64,000 nt of DNA from Antechinus flavipes (lineage: Eukaryota). The number at the start of each line of letters is the position of its first letter. The first letter of the stretch is position 1. The translations under genes were made by a program, and so were the position numbers. The stretch spans positions 191,146,001 to 191,210,000 of the forward strand of contig NC_067401.1 of NCBI RefSeq assembly GCF_016432865.1, given 5' to 3'. Of this stretch, positions 13,986 to 25,379 are shown piece by piece. The notes under the pieces are model-generated. The model worked only from the letters and a program-made list of their open reading frames with translations. It was not told the origin of the DNA and searched no databases.

Positions 13986-15438
13986 GTAATTGGTCCGCCC
14001 GGTCCTCTCCCTAATATCTCAGCCGTCAGTCCTCCTCAGCCCCGAGATCCTCAAAACCAGGGACTCCCACACCTTGAGACCTATATTGTGGACCTTCCAT
14101 ACCAGGGACCCTCCCACACCCCCGGGACTTTCAATACTAGGCCATGGACCTTAAATATTAGAGACCCTTTCCGAGACCCAGGATCCTCGATTTCGTGAAT
14201 CCCTCTGCCCAAATCAATAAGGGACTCGCCCATGCCTCTGAAACCTATAGCCTCCGGACCTCAGTGTTAGAAACTTCCCAGTCCCTGAAACCTCCAATAC
14301 CAGAGACCTGCCCCTTCTCCCACACATCTACCGTACTCGACATCTCAGACTCAGAACTCTCAGCCTCCGATTCGATATCAGCCAGCCTCTTACGCAGCTC
14401 GAAGACACCCCCAGAGCCCTCAGGGAGCTTCAGTATCAGGGACTTTTCTATTGCTGCATCTTTAACACGGGAGAGCTCCTTTCCTGTAACCTTCAGACAG
14501 TTTTTAAAGACCCCCAGTGCCAAAACTCTCCCAGTAGAACTCTCAATGTCATAAATCTCTCCCTGAATTCTTGTGTCTTCCTACAGTACCAGAACTAGGG
14601 AATCTCCCCGGAACCAAAGACTTTCTGTAGCCTCTGGGAATGATCCAGTGCACTCTCCCAGTGTTTTCCTAATATCAATAATTTCCATTTGCACCCTTCG
14701 ATATATGTCTTCTCTAGTTTTGAGGGTCATTTAATGACCACCTATACTTTTCCAACCCCCCAACCTCAAACCCAGGCAGCACCTCCCCATTTCCCAGGCT
14801 TCCTAATAAGTCATCCAAATTCCTGTTCTCAAAACCCTGAAGCCAATCTCTCTCTCTCTCTCTGGGCATCCTGTTCCTAATTCCCCCAGTTTGCCTTCTT
14901 TTCCTCTGTTCCCGATCTGAGAAGTGTGGTGTTTCTGGCATGCTGGGGGAAAGGAAGATGGGACTAGTTTGGGAATTGAGATGTTTGTTCAACCTGAACC
15001 TGGTGCCTCCCAGTGGTCTGAGCTTGCTAATTTCATAGTGGCAGAAGGAAGTGCTAGATGATATGGAGAAAGGGGGGGGGGGGGGGGGCGCGGGGGAGAG
15101 AAGGGCTAGATAGATATACATGAGGAAAAAAATGGTGGAATTTCCCCTCTTCTCTGTTTTGGTTCCAGAGACAGTGTTCCTTCCCCTTCTCATTAAACCT
15201 AACTTCCCAGTGGTCCTTTCTTTCCTCCCAGTCCTGTTCCCCTTACTCCATCCTGGCGCAGTCCATAATTCCCCTTTCCCCCTGCCCTTCCCCTTCCTCC
15301 CCATGTCCTTGTCCCTCCCCTTCTCCTCCAGCTCTTATGTCACCTACATCTTCCCATCCTTCTCTCCTCTCTGCTTCTCACTTTTCTCCACCTTCCCTCT
15401 CATTGTCTTCCACTGGTCATCTTAATCCTCCACCCCCT

Positions 15439-17978
15439 ATGCCAGTGACTTTCACAGACGTGGCTGTGTATTTTGGAGATGTCATGTGGGAGAGCTACAG
15501 GGACCTCATCTCCTTAGGTGAGTACCTTCCATTCTAACATTTATTCTATTAGGGGTGTTGAATTAAAGTGAAATGTCAAATTGAGAGGTGATCTCTCTGT
15601 ACTCTCTGCCAGCATTTCAGTCTTTGAGGTCCCTAGCTCTCTCTTCTCGATTCACCCTCAGGCATCCTACTTCACCATCTCTTGAGTCTTCCTGAATCCA
15701 GCAATCAGATTTTTCTCAAGCACTTTTAATTTGCAAGTATCTGTACCAGATGCAAAGAATACAAGAATACACCAAAAAATGTGTTTTATTGGCTTTTGGG
15801 AGAGATGAGTTACAGAAGTCGATAGAACACTAAGTGGTCAAGAAAGACTTTATGAAAAAAAAAAAAACAAAAAACACTTCATGGAGCACTTGAACTGGGC
15901 CTTGAAGAATTGTTAGGATTCAGCACCAGGGAGGGCTTGGAGGAGAAATTTTTCTAGATAGAATAGTGAATCTTGTTCTTTCTTGCCCCAGGATTTCCAT
16001 TCCCTAAACCAGAACTGATCCCTCACCTGGAGGAAGGGAATGAGCCATGGGGTCCGGGATCTCAAGAATCTGAAGAAATGGGAGTCCCAAAAGAATCCTA
16101 TCCAGGTGAGTAACCAGCACGGAAAATATCCTTTTGCCTTCCCTCTACCTCCTCATGTTCCAAAAAGGGAATTATCAGCTCCAAGATTTGGAGCTTGAAA
16201 GGACTTTGGAGGTCACCTATTTTACACAGGAGGAAATTGAGATTTAGAGGAAAATATCTGCCCAAGGCCAAAGGACTAGAAAGTGGCAGGAGCAAGAGTT
16301 TGAGGTTCTCCAGTGCCAAAACCATCAATCTTCCCACTGTATCACATGGCCCCAGGGATGGAACTCTACTATACCCCCTCACTATCCTAAACTATACTCT
16401 TGTTCTCCAGTAATTGGCAGGAATCATCAAAGTTCTTACCCCTGCCATCAGTAGAGAGGGCTAACCTTAGCCCCTCTCCCCCATCCCTTTCTCCTTGTGC
16501 CTCCAAGGATACAAATTGCTGTATGAGATGTCCTGGTCCACTCCATGTCCCTTCAGGAATGCTATCTATCACAGAGGGGAGGAAAACAATTTCCATAGGG
16601 ATTGAAACCACCTTTCTCCTGTTCACTACAAGATCCTCTTCTTCCTCTATATTCCCTTCATTTCATCACTGTTTGTCTCATAGGCATGAGGACCAAGGAA
16701 GAAGAAGAGGCAGAATCAGTCCCTGACCTTCCTTCTGTCTTGGAGAGTTCCCCACTACCAGCTATACCCTGTGGCTCAACCATCTCCCCACCCCCAGCAT
16801 CCCCACCCCCACCCCCAAAACCCTTTTCCTGCCCTGAATGTGGTTCCTGCTTCTCACGACGCTCCCACCTTTCCCGCCATAGGCTGATTCACTCCGGTGA
16901 GCGCCCCTTCCCCTGCCCTGAATGTGGAAAGTGCTTTGCCCAGGGTGCCCACCTGGCCTTGCATCTGCGTTCCCATACAGGTGACCGACCCTATTCTTGT
17001 GGTCAGTGTGGCCGAAGCTTTCGCCATGGCTCCCATCTGGCCCGGCACCGACGCACACATCTGCCTGACCCCCCCTACCGATGTGGCCAGTGTGGCAAGG
17101 GTTTCTCCCAGAGCTCTGGGCTCCTACAGCACGCCACTGTCCACACCGGCGAGCGTCCCTATATTTGTGCTGTTTGTGGCAGAGGCTTTGGCCGTCACCC
17201 CAGCCTTATCCGCCACCAAAAGTCCCATTCAGGGGAACGTCCTTTCCCCTGTCCTGAGTGTGGCAAGCGCTTCACTCAGAGTGCCAATCTTGCTCGCCAT
17301 CTTCGGACACACACTGGAGAGACACCATACCTGTGTAGGGAGTGTGGGCGCGGCTTTAGCCAACACCCTCGCTTAGTGGCACACCGGAAGACCCACCACT
17401 CAGGACCCCCACCCCCACCCCCTCCTGTCCATTCCTGCGCTGACTGTGGTCTACTGTTCCCTCAGGCTCTGGCCCTGGTCCGTCACCAGGCAGCCCATCA
17501 TGGTGGTGAGAAGCCATTCCGCTGCACCCAGTGTGGGGAGGGTTTTGGTCACCGCTCCAACCTGAGGCGCCACCAGCGTGGCCATGGTGGGGAGCGGCCG
17601 TACCGCTGCAGTCAGTGTGGCAAAGGCTTTGGCCAGAGCTCCGGCCTGGTCCAGCACCAGCGCATTCACACTGGTGAGAAGCCCTTCCGCTGCCCAGACT
17701 GCGGGCGTGGATTCCGCTATAGCTCCAACCTGGCGCAACATTACCGGGGCCACACTGGGGACCGCCCCTTCCGCTGTGAGCATTGTGATCGTGGCTTTAC
17801 CCGTAGCTCTCACCTGCTACGACACCGTGCCACACATGGTGGGGAGGATGGAGATGAGGACTGTAGGCCCGGAGGGATCCCTGTGCTGACAATTAAGGCA
17901 ACTTCCCTAAGCCAGGAATCTCCCAAGGACTCTGGAGGCACTGTCCAAGTGAGTGAAACCCTATCTCAGCCAGAGTGA
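15439..17978 (+). CDS. KRAB-A/KRAB-B C2H2 zinc-finger protein with 12 fingers (~495 aa)
   Basis: KRAB-A exon 15439-15517 (MPVTFTDVAVYFGDVMWESYRDLISL G|GTGAGT). KRAB-B exon 15992-16105 (GFPFPKPELIPHLEEGNEPW...). Final exon 16684-17978 has 12 intact CxxC...HxxxH fingers with TGERP-type linkers. Phases 1/1 are consistent and there are no internal stops. The start codon is uncertain. Confidence 0.9.
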
Positions 17979-20329
17979 TTTATTTGTTCCCTGCGGTTGG
18001 AGCAACTGAGTCTTACTCCAGCCCAGTCTTTGGCTGTAGTGACTCCCAAAGCAGCCACTTTTTTGTAACCCAGATGATTACTCTTCCCTTGTCTTTCCTC
18101 AGAGAACAGGTAACCAACTCCCCATGCCCATGCCAGGAGTGAGAGCTCCTAAGTGCCCTCCTTGTCTCTCTGAGACTATGCCTATGAGACCTCCTCTAGG
18201 GGCTGATTCCCTTTGCCTAAGGAAAAGTGTTTCCCAAAAGAGAGTACGCTCCCTGTTCTTTTCTCTCTTCATCTTTATCTAAAGAGTTTGTTGAGGCTGT
18301 CTCAGGAATAGCTGGCAATTACAGGTCTCTGCAGGAAACTTCAAGGAAGATAAACTGAATCCCTGTGATAACCCCTGCCTGGGATACAAAAAAATCACAC
18401 TAATACTTTCAGAAGTTGCACTTGGTTCTTAACCACCATCTCTTTATTTCTGACTGATCCCATGATGCTTTGGAGGCTACCTGGGATCCTTTCTTTTATG
18501 GGTACCAAAGTACTTTCCACAGCTTCCTTTGACAATGTGATCTACACTGACTGTAGCTCTCTAAAGGTGCCAGATCTTAAAACTCCTTATCACATTGAGT
18601 CAAGAACACAGGCAAATCGAGCTATCCCTTTCCAGTTGCTTACATTCCCTTGCATTACTAACGTTCTATAGAAAACCTGGGATTTCCATATTGTAGATGC
18701 TGTCTCCAGTGATGTAGCTCAAAAATTGCCATTGCCCATGTCTATGACAATTCTTATTACCATCCCCCCCCCCAAAAAAAAGCATCACCCAGTTGCCAAC
18801 CTTTAGCTGATGAACTCTTCCAAACTTAATTAGATTGCCTCTAGTGCAACAGACTCAGTGGATTGTTAGACTATACTTTCAAACATCTTTTTGATTTGGT
18901 AAAACCTGTCAAAATTTAAATGGATTGCTCTTGTAGTAAAATCTTAAAAGAACTTAGCCTCACCTCCATACCAAAATAAGGCATCAGAATAAGACTGTAT
19001 TAGAATGTTCCCTTAGATTAAAGCCTACAAATGTTGGGAGATATAATTAGGAAAATCAGAAGCAAGATAAAAGTACAATAGCAGGGTCTGGTTGAAAAAA
19101 CTAAAAGGGGGGGGTGGAGTAAGGGAAGTTGGAGAGAGATTAGAAGATAGAAATAAGGGAATGAGACAGGGTATCACTTGTTAAAAAGTAATAATTTCAC
19201 CATATAGTATTGTATTTTATAGTCAAAAATTTTCATATTTTATTTGATCCTCATATAGGCCTGTGAGGTAGATAGTCTCATTTTCATTTGTTAAGATGGG
19301 GTCTGGGATAGGAAAGGGCAATCTCACATACCCAGCCAAAGGAAAAACCAGGATTGGAACTGGATCTTCTGATTTGAACATCGATGGATGTTTCACTATG
19401 TCCATACCACTTCTAGTACACTAGCTGGCTTGGTCCTGTCACCAGAAAGCTTATAGCGTATTTAAGAAAACAGGACATATCTAGGGGGAAAAAAAAAAGA
19501 AGGCAATATATAAGGACAAAGCACTATGCAGTGAGGCCCCCTTATTTACATTCCTCAGAACCTACATTTCCTATCCATACAGGGTCTCTTACCCCTGTAT
19601 GAAAAGCAGTCCATGGTTTCCATAAAAGTTTCCAGTGAGGGATATGCAGTTCTCATACAGACATGTCACAGTGGAGAAAATGGGATCTAGTGCCAAAGTT
19701 GACACCAAAGGAGGAAACTATTTCCATCTGTCCTTGGAGAAGGTACTAGGATGAGAAAAGTCCATACTTGCAATATCTTTTGTGCTTATTGTTAATAATA
19801 AGGTATAAATAGTTATTTTAGTTAATTTATTATCTTTCCTCAATGTAACTTTTGGGTTGTTAACAGTAAATAATAAATATTTGAGTTGGAATCTCTCCTA
19901 GAATGTGTCAAAGGGATTTACCTTTCTTTGTATCTCCAATATTGGGGCAAGACCTTGGCACATAGTAAGCACTTAGTAAATGCTTATTGGTTGACTATTT
20001 TGATAAGTGCAAGAAAGAACTATGGGATGGCTGATATTTAAGCTTAGAGATAGTTGCATCCAAAATTCTTTCTTTGCAAATAAGAAAATGAAGGTCTAGA
20101 GAGGGGAAAGAAGTTATATTGCAATACAATATCAAGCTATAATATGAACCATATATAGTAATCAAGCGATCTGAATCAAAGAAATGCTTCCTAAAGGAGG
20201 TAAGGGTGGAGAGGAAGGACACAGGTAAGTAGAAAAGAGAGAGTCATACATTCCTTCTAAAGCAACGTCTGCATCAGGAAATTCTATGTCCTGCCTCCAT
20301 GTCTTTTATAAGTTGTCCCCTAGGGGACA

Positions 20330-21000
20330 TAGAATGTTGAATATAGGAAACAGCAAATAGGTCAGTTTTCCTGGAACTTAGATTTCTAGAAGTGTATTTA
20401 ATTATTCTGGAGAGATAGTTAAGAGCCTAACTGTGAAGAATTTTAAATATCAAACAAAGGAGCAACTTTATCCTAAGCAATTGAAGCTTCTTAAGCAGGG
20501 GAATGAGTGGTCAGAGCAGTGCTTTAGTGATAATCACTTTGGTAGCAGGTGAAAGATGGAGTGAGAGAAGAGAGACCAATTGGAAAGCAATTACAAAAGT
20601 TAAGGCAAGAGATATTGAGGTCTTAAATTAGAGAGGTGACCATATGAATGAAAGGAGAACTGGTAAGAGAGATTAAAGAGGTAGAATTGACAAGATCACA
20701 TTACTGGATATGGGAGTTGAGGGAAAGGGAAGAATCAGTAGCAAAACCTGTTGTGAACATAGGAGTCTAAGTAGTGGAAAAAGTTGAGAGGAAGAATGAG
20801 TTTATAGGAAAAGAAATTCTTTTTGAGTTTGAGATGACTATGGAGGAAGCTGGAGGTCTGAATACAGGAGATATGAGAGTTGAATATGTAGATTTGAAAA
20901 TGAACTGCATAGAGGCAACAATTAAATTCATGAAAGCAGATGAGATCATCAAAGATAGTGTAGGGACAGATAAGAGAGCCCTGCTCATCAGGGAATAATA
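20330..21000 (-). mobile_element. Ancient LINE-2 fragment
   Basis: Purine-rich, L2-like text (e.g. GAGTTTGAGATG...ATGTAGATTTG...GATGAGATC). Recognised by eye only; boundaries approximate. Confidence 0.55.
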
Positions 21001-21284
21001 AACCAGAGGGGGGGCAAAGTTTGGTTTTGGCAGTATGGAAAATGAAGGAGAAGAAATAAAAAGTAAATTATAGGTTATAGATCTGTGAGTCAATAAAATA
21101 ATAGTGATGCTATTTACATTATATTCACTAAAATTTCTCCAGATATCTTGGGATTTATAGGCCTTAATCACTGCATAGACTTTGTCTGAGGCAAACTGAG
21201 ACCTGTTAAAAACCTTAAAATAAAAAGGACAAGATCTTCCACTGCTTTCAGGACCATTTCTAATAGTTCTGATCTATATTTTGC

Positions 21285-21830
21285 TACCGGACCTAGATGG
21301 CTCCAGAAGAGAAGGTGAGACTGGTGACCCTCCCTCATTTAAATACAATTTATTTACATGTTATGGCATCACCTTCCTGATGTCATAAATTTTTTCAAGA
21401 ATGCAAGACAAACAACAACCTCTGTGAGTAATAGTAGCAGCTGTCCCACTGGGGACCCAATTGTTAACTGGCCAGTTGGACAACACAGCTCTTTTTTTTC
21501 TCTTTTCTCTCCTTTCTTTTTCTTTCCCTTTCTTTCCCTCTATTCACTTGGGATATCATACCCTTACCTATGAGTGCTCTGCCCAAATGAATGTAAATTT
21601 TGATAGGTAAAACCTTGCAAGATAGTTTGGGATTTATGGGCTAGAATGATGCCTTAAATCCAAATCACTCTGGCTTCTGATCTACATCCTGCCACTGGAC
21701 CCAGTGAAGAGAGTGAGGCTGGTGACTTTGCCCAGCCTATCCTGATTTAAATCCAATTCACTTGCATCTCATAGCATCGCCACCCTGATGATATGGATCT
21801 CTTCCTGAAGAAAGGATCAATAGCAAGGAT
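21285..21830 (+). mobile_element. Two RTE-derived SINE/3' fragments (about 21285-21420 and 21640-21830); another tail near 23800-23860
   Basis: RTE 3' motif GGACCYAG...GAGRCTGGTGAC...TTAAATCCAATTCAC...GGCATCACC..CCTGATG...GAAGGA, followed by a CAACAAC tail. Confidence 0.65.
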
Positions 21831-22439
21831 CCATTTGATAGTTATGGATAATTAGAAAAGGATAAAAATTTAAATGTTCAGATGACAGAGAATGTAATTT
21901 GAAGGAATGGGAAATAAATGTAGCAGGAGAAAAACAGGGAACCAAGAAAAGCAAAATGAGAATTAATAGTGTTAGCCAGAAAACTAGGAAAACCAGAAAG
22001 TAAGATCAATTAGGGAAGAATTAGGAAAGGCATGTTCAATAATATCTGAAAAGAAGATGAAAACTTAAAAATCATTGTATTTGGCCAAGAAAAAGTAACT
22101 GATGAACTTAAAATAATAGTTAGCATTTATATAGTGCTTTAAAGTTTGCAAAGCACTTTACAAAGAATATCTTATATGATCCTCTGAACTTTAGATATGG
22201 CTGCTATCATTGTCCTCATTTTACGCATAAGGAAACTGAAGCAAGCAGAGGTTAAGTGATTTGCCTAGGATCACATAATAAAAATCTAGATTTGAATTCA
22301 AGTCCATTCACTGTGCCACTGAGCTGCCTCCAAATCCAGTGAACAAATCCATCTTTGAAACAACTTGAGTTATGTCCCCATAAACTTCTTGGATTTGAAG
22401 GGCATCAGATTAGGTTAGGAAATGTAGGGACATGTGAAG

Positions 22440-23200
22440 GGAATCACTTGATATTTTATGAATAAAGAGGAATGTTAAAGGTAAAAAGATTTGAAGTTCA
22501 GAAGGGAGTAAGGATATGGCAACAAGAAATGTATCTTCTACTATGTCCAAAAAAGGCTACCAAACTGTTCATACTCTTTGACCTAGTAGTGTCACTACTG
22601 GTCTTGTATCTCAAAGAGATTATAAAAGAGGGAAACATATTTGTAGCAGTTCTTTTTGTGGTGTCAAATTATTGGAAATTAGCAGAATGTGCATCAATTG
22701 GGGGATGACTGAATAAGTTATAATATTTGGATGTCATGGAATATTATTGTTCTATAAGGAATGATGAATAGGCTAAGTAAAGTGAGCAGAACCAGGACAA
22801 CATTATACACAGTAACAAGGTTAAGGGATGGTCATCTACAATAAACTTAGCTCTTCTCACCAATACAGTGATCTAAGATCCAAGAAAATGTCATTTGTAT
22901 CCAGAGAAAGAACTATGGAGATTGAATGCAGATTGAAGCATACTATTTTTCACTTGTTTTTAGCTTGTTTTTTGTTTTTTTTTCCTTTCTCAGGCTTCCC
23001 CCCCCCTTTTTTTTTTGTTTTTCTTTCACAGTATAACTAATATGGAAATATGTTTTAAATGTTTGTAAATAAGCCTATATCAGATTGTTTGCTATCTTGG
23101 GAAAGGGAAAGAAAGGAGGGAGAAAAGAAATTGGAACTTAAAATCTTACAAAAATATTGAAAACTATCTTTAAGTGTAATTGAAAAAATAAAATATCGGG
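22440..23200 (+). mobile_element. L1 3' end (ORF2 C-terminus remnant plus 3' UTR)
   Basis: LVLYLKEII...VVSNYWK...SIG resembles the L1 ORF2 C-terminus, followed by a marsupial L1 3' UTR ending in an A-rich tail. Confidence 0.7.
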
Positions 23201-25379
23201 GGGGAGGGAGAGAAATGTATCATCTAATAAGATCTGGAAGGAAATGAACTCAGTGCTGCTTTTAGGTTAGAACAGCTGAAAACCTAAGTGATAACTACTT
23301 GGATCTGGATGTACAGACACCAAATGTAGAGGGCACGAAGATCCTTGAACACCATTGTAGTCATATTAACACATTTTTCATAATGAGAAGGCTTTCCCTC
23401 ACTTTTTATCATTATTAGCAGGTCTCCTGGATAGGGTCTCTGCTTGTACAGAGGGGAAAGTAGAATAGAAATTCAAGAATCATGTGGTGTGGACATTGGT
23501 TCCCTTCAGTTCCTGTTTTCCAGTAGTCAATATTCTATCCAAGACTTCTCTGAATATGTATTAGATGGGAGAGGAGAGGAAGCAGGGGAAGCATCAAGGA
23601 AGCAGAATAACTCAAGAAGGGTAGATTCTTAGAATTCAAGGGGCAAAAGGAAAAGTTTTGGCTGGGGTTCCTGAAATTTAACTTCTACTTCCCCAGGCTT
23701 AGTTTTGGAGTACTATGTTAGTCCAGACCCATTCTTGGGTAATTCTACCTCAATGGAAACAGTGCTTATTCTCATTCACTAATCCACTCGAAAATCAAGA
23801 CATCATCCGCATGATGTCAGTGGTCCTCTTTGAGAATGAAGGATGAACAACCACCACCTGGGCTCAAATCTTATCTCTTCTCCTCACTAACTAGAATCTC
23901 AAACAAGTTGCTTCCCTTCTCTGGACCGCAGTTCCCTCATCTGTAAAAAAAGAAAATTGAATTAAATGAGTTATAAATAACTTTCAACTCTAAATACTAT
24001 GAAATTCATTCTGGCAATGAGAAATTTACCCAGCTTCTCCCTATCCTGCATCATGGATATTCCTAGAACTCCTGATCTCCAGGTTTTTTTATCTCGATAT
24101 CACCCTGATCAAAATTAGTGAACAAGTAGGGAGCTACAAGGGTTCTATCATCAAGGGAAGTACTGTTGATGATGTTCAAGTCATGATGAGCTACAACAAA
24201 TCGCAAAGATGGGGAGTCAACCAGAATGAATTCACAGGTTCGAACCATCTCCAGGTTTATTCTACTGCCATAAGGTGGGAAAAATTCCTCATGAACTTAC
24301 AATTAACAAAGGCAGATTTGGGACCTTTTATGGGAAAGGATTATAAGCAAGGTATGCTAACTATGCCAGTTGTGTGCATCAATAAATCAACTAATGGTCA
24401 TGGCTGTCTATACAAGACAGACAAGATGTCTATAACTTAATATCCATATTGTATAAGGTAATTGTAGGTGTCAGTACAAGATTATGCATGATAATTTTAC
24501 AGAGTCAATACTGGGGCCTCTCAGATATTGGGTTGCTTCCAAAGACATTGTCTTTTGCTGGAGTCCATTTACTCCATCATTATCACTTTGGATAGGACTG
24601 AAAGCAAAGGAAGAAAATGAGTCAGGACAGAACAAAAAAAAATTGACCTGTCTCTGGTCACATCTAAAAGTGTTAGAGTCAGGTCAAAGGAGAACAAATT
24701 GTTAAATTTTCAGTGTGAATATTTATACCCAGAAGTTAACATTAGATTAGAGTTTGATTTATTGTTAATTATTGAGGTGTAGACTTAAGAAAATTATAAG
24801 GAAAATATTGATAATTCATATCAAACTTTAAAATGACAGGTACATTTTTAAAGAGATCCACTTGTTCAACATTTACCTACCTCACACCCCAACCAATAAC
24901 TATAGTATGAAGAATCAGATATTAATCAACTCTCTCCTTCCAGTTTCTGCTTAAAATGTTACTGCTTCTAGAGCAACTCTTGGTTTCACTTTGATTTGTC
25001 TGGATATATTCCTTGTAATAGAACAAGAACTTTTTGGAGACGTCAGTTTGAGTCTGGATTCTGACACTAGCTATGTCACTTAACCTCTATTAAGAACCAA
25101 AAAGTATGCTTTACCCTCAACCCTGTGAAGGCAGTACTGAACACATTAATTAAAGTTGTGAAATCTTTCAAGGCTCTTTTCTTTTACACTACTATGGTGA
25201 GATCATGCAAATCATTTTCCTAGTTTTTCTCTCTTCTTTCTGCAAATTTTCATAAGTATCTCTGAATTCTTCAGATTTGTCATTTGCTCTTGTCAATAAT
25301 ATTCCATTGCTTTCATATACACTTTGTTCAGCCCAGTCAATGAACACTCACATTCTTCACCCCCACCCCCACCCCGTCC

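Noticed and set aside
14195-14554. 119-aa Ser-rich ORF and 92-aa antisense ORF in the ZNF first intron
   Set aside because: Low-complexity, C-rich intronic sequence with no recognisable domain or convincing splice sites.
16762-17889. Several 70-160 aa ORFs overlapping the zinc-finger exon in other frames or strands
   Set aside because: Shadow ORFs of GC-rich repetitive finger codons.
19576-19601. Hairpin CATACAGGG-N8-CCCTGTATG
   Set aside because: A 9-bp stem is expected by chance in 64 kb and is too short for a pre-miRNA.
24021-24440. 140-codon open frame, with VWA-like (DELQQIA) and kinase-like (KGRFG) words in another frame
   Set aside because: No coherent domain, the motif-bearing frame has stops, and I could not assign a family. 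A BLASTx search would settle it.
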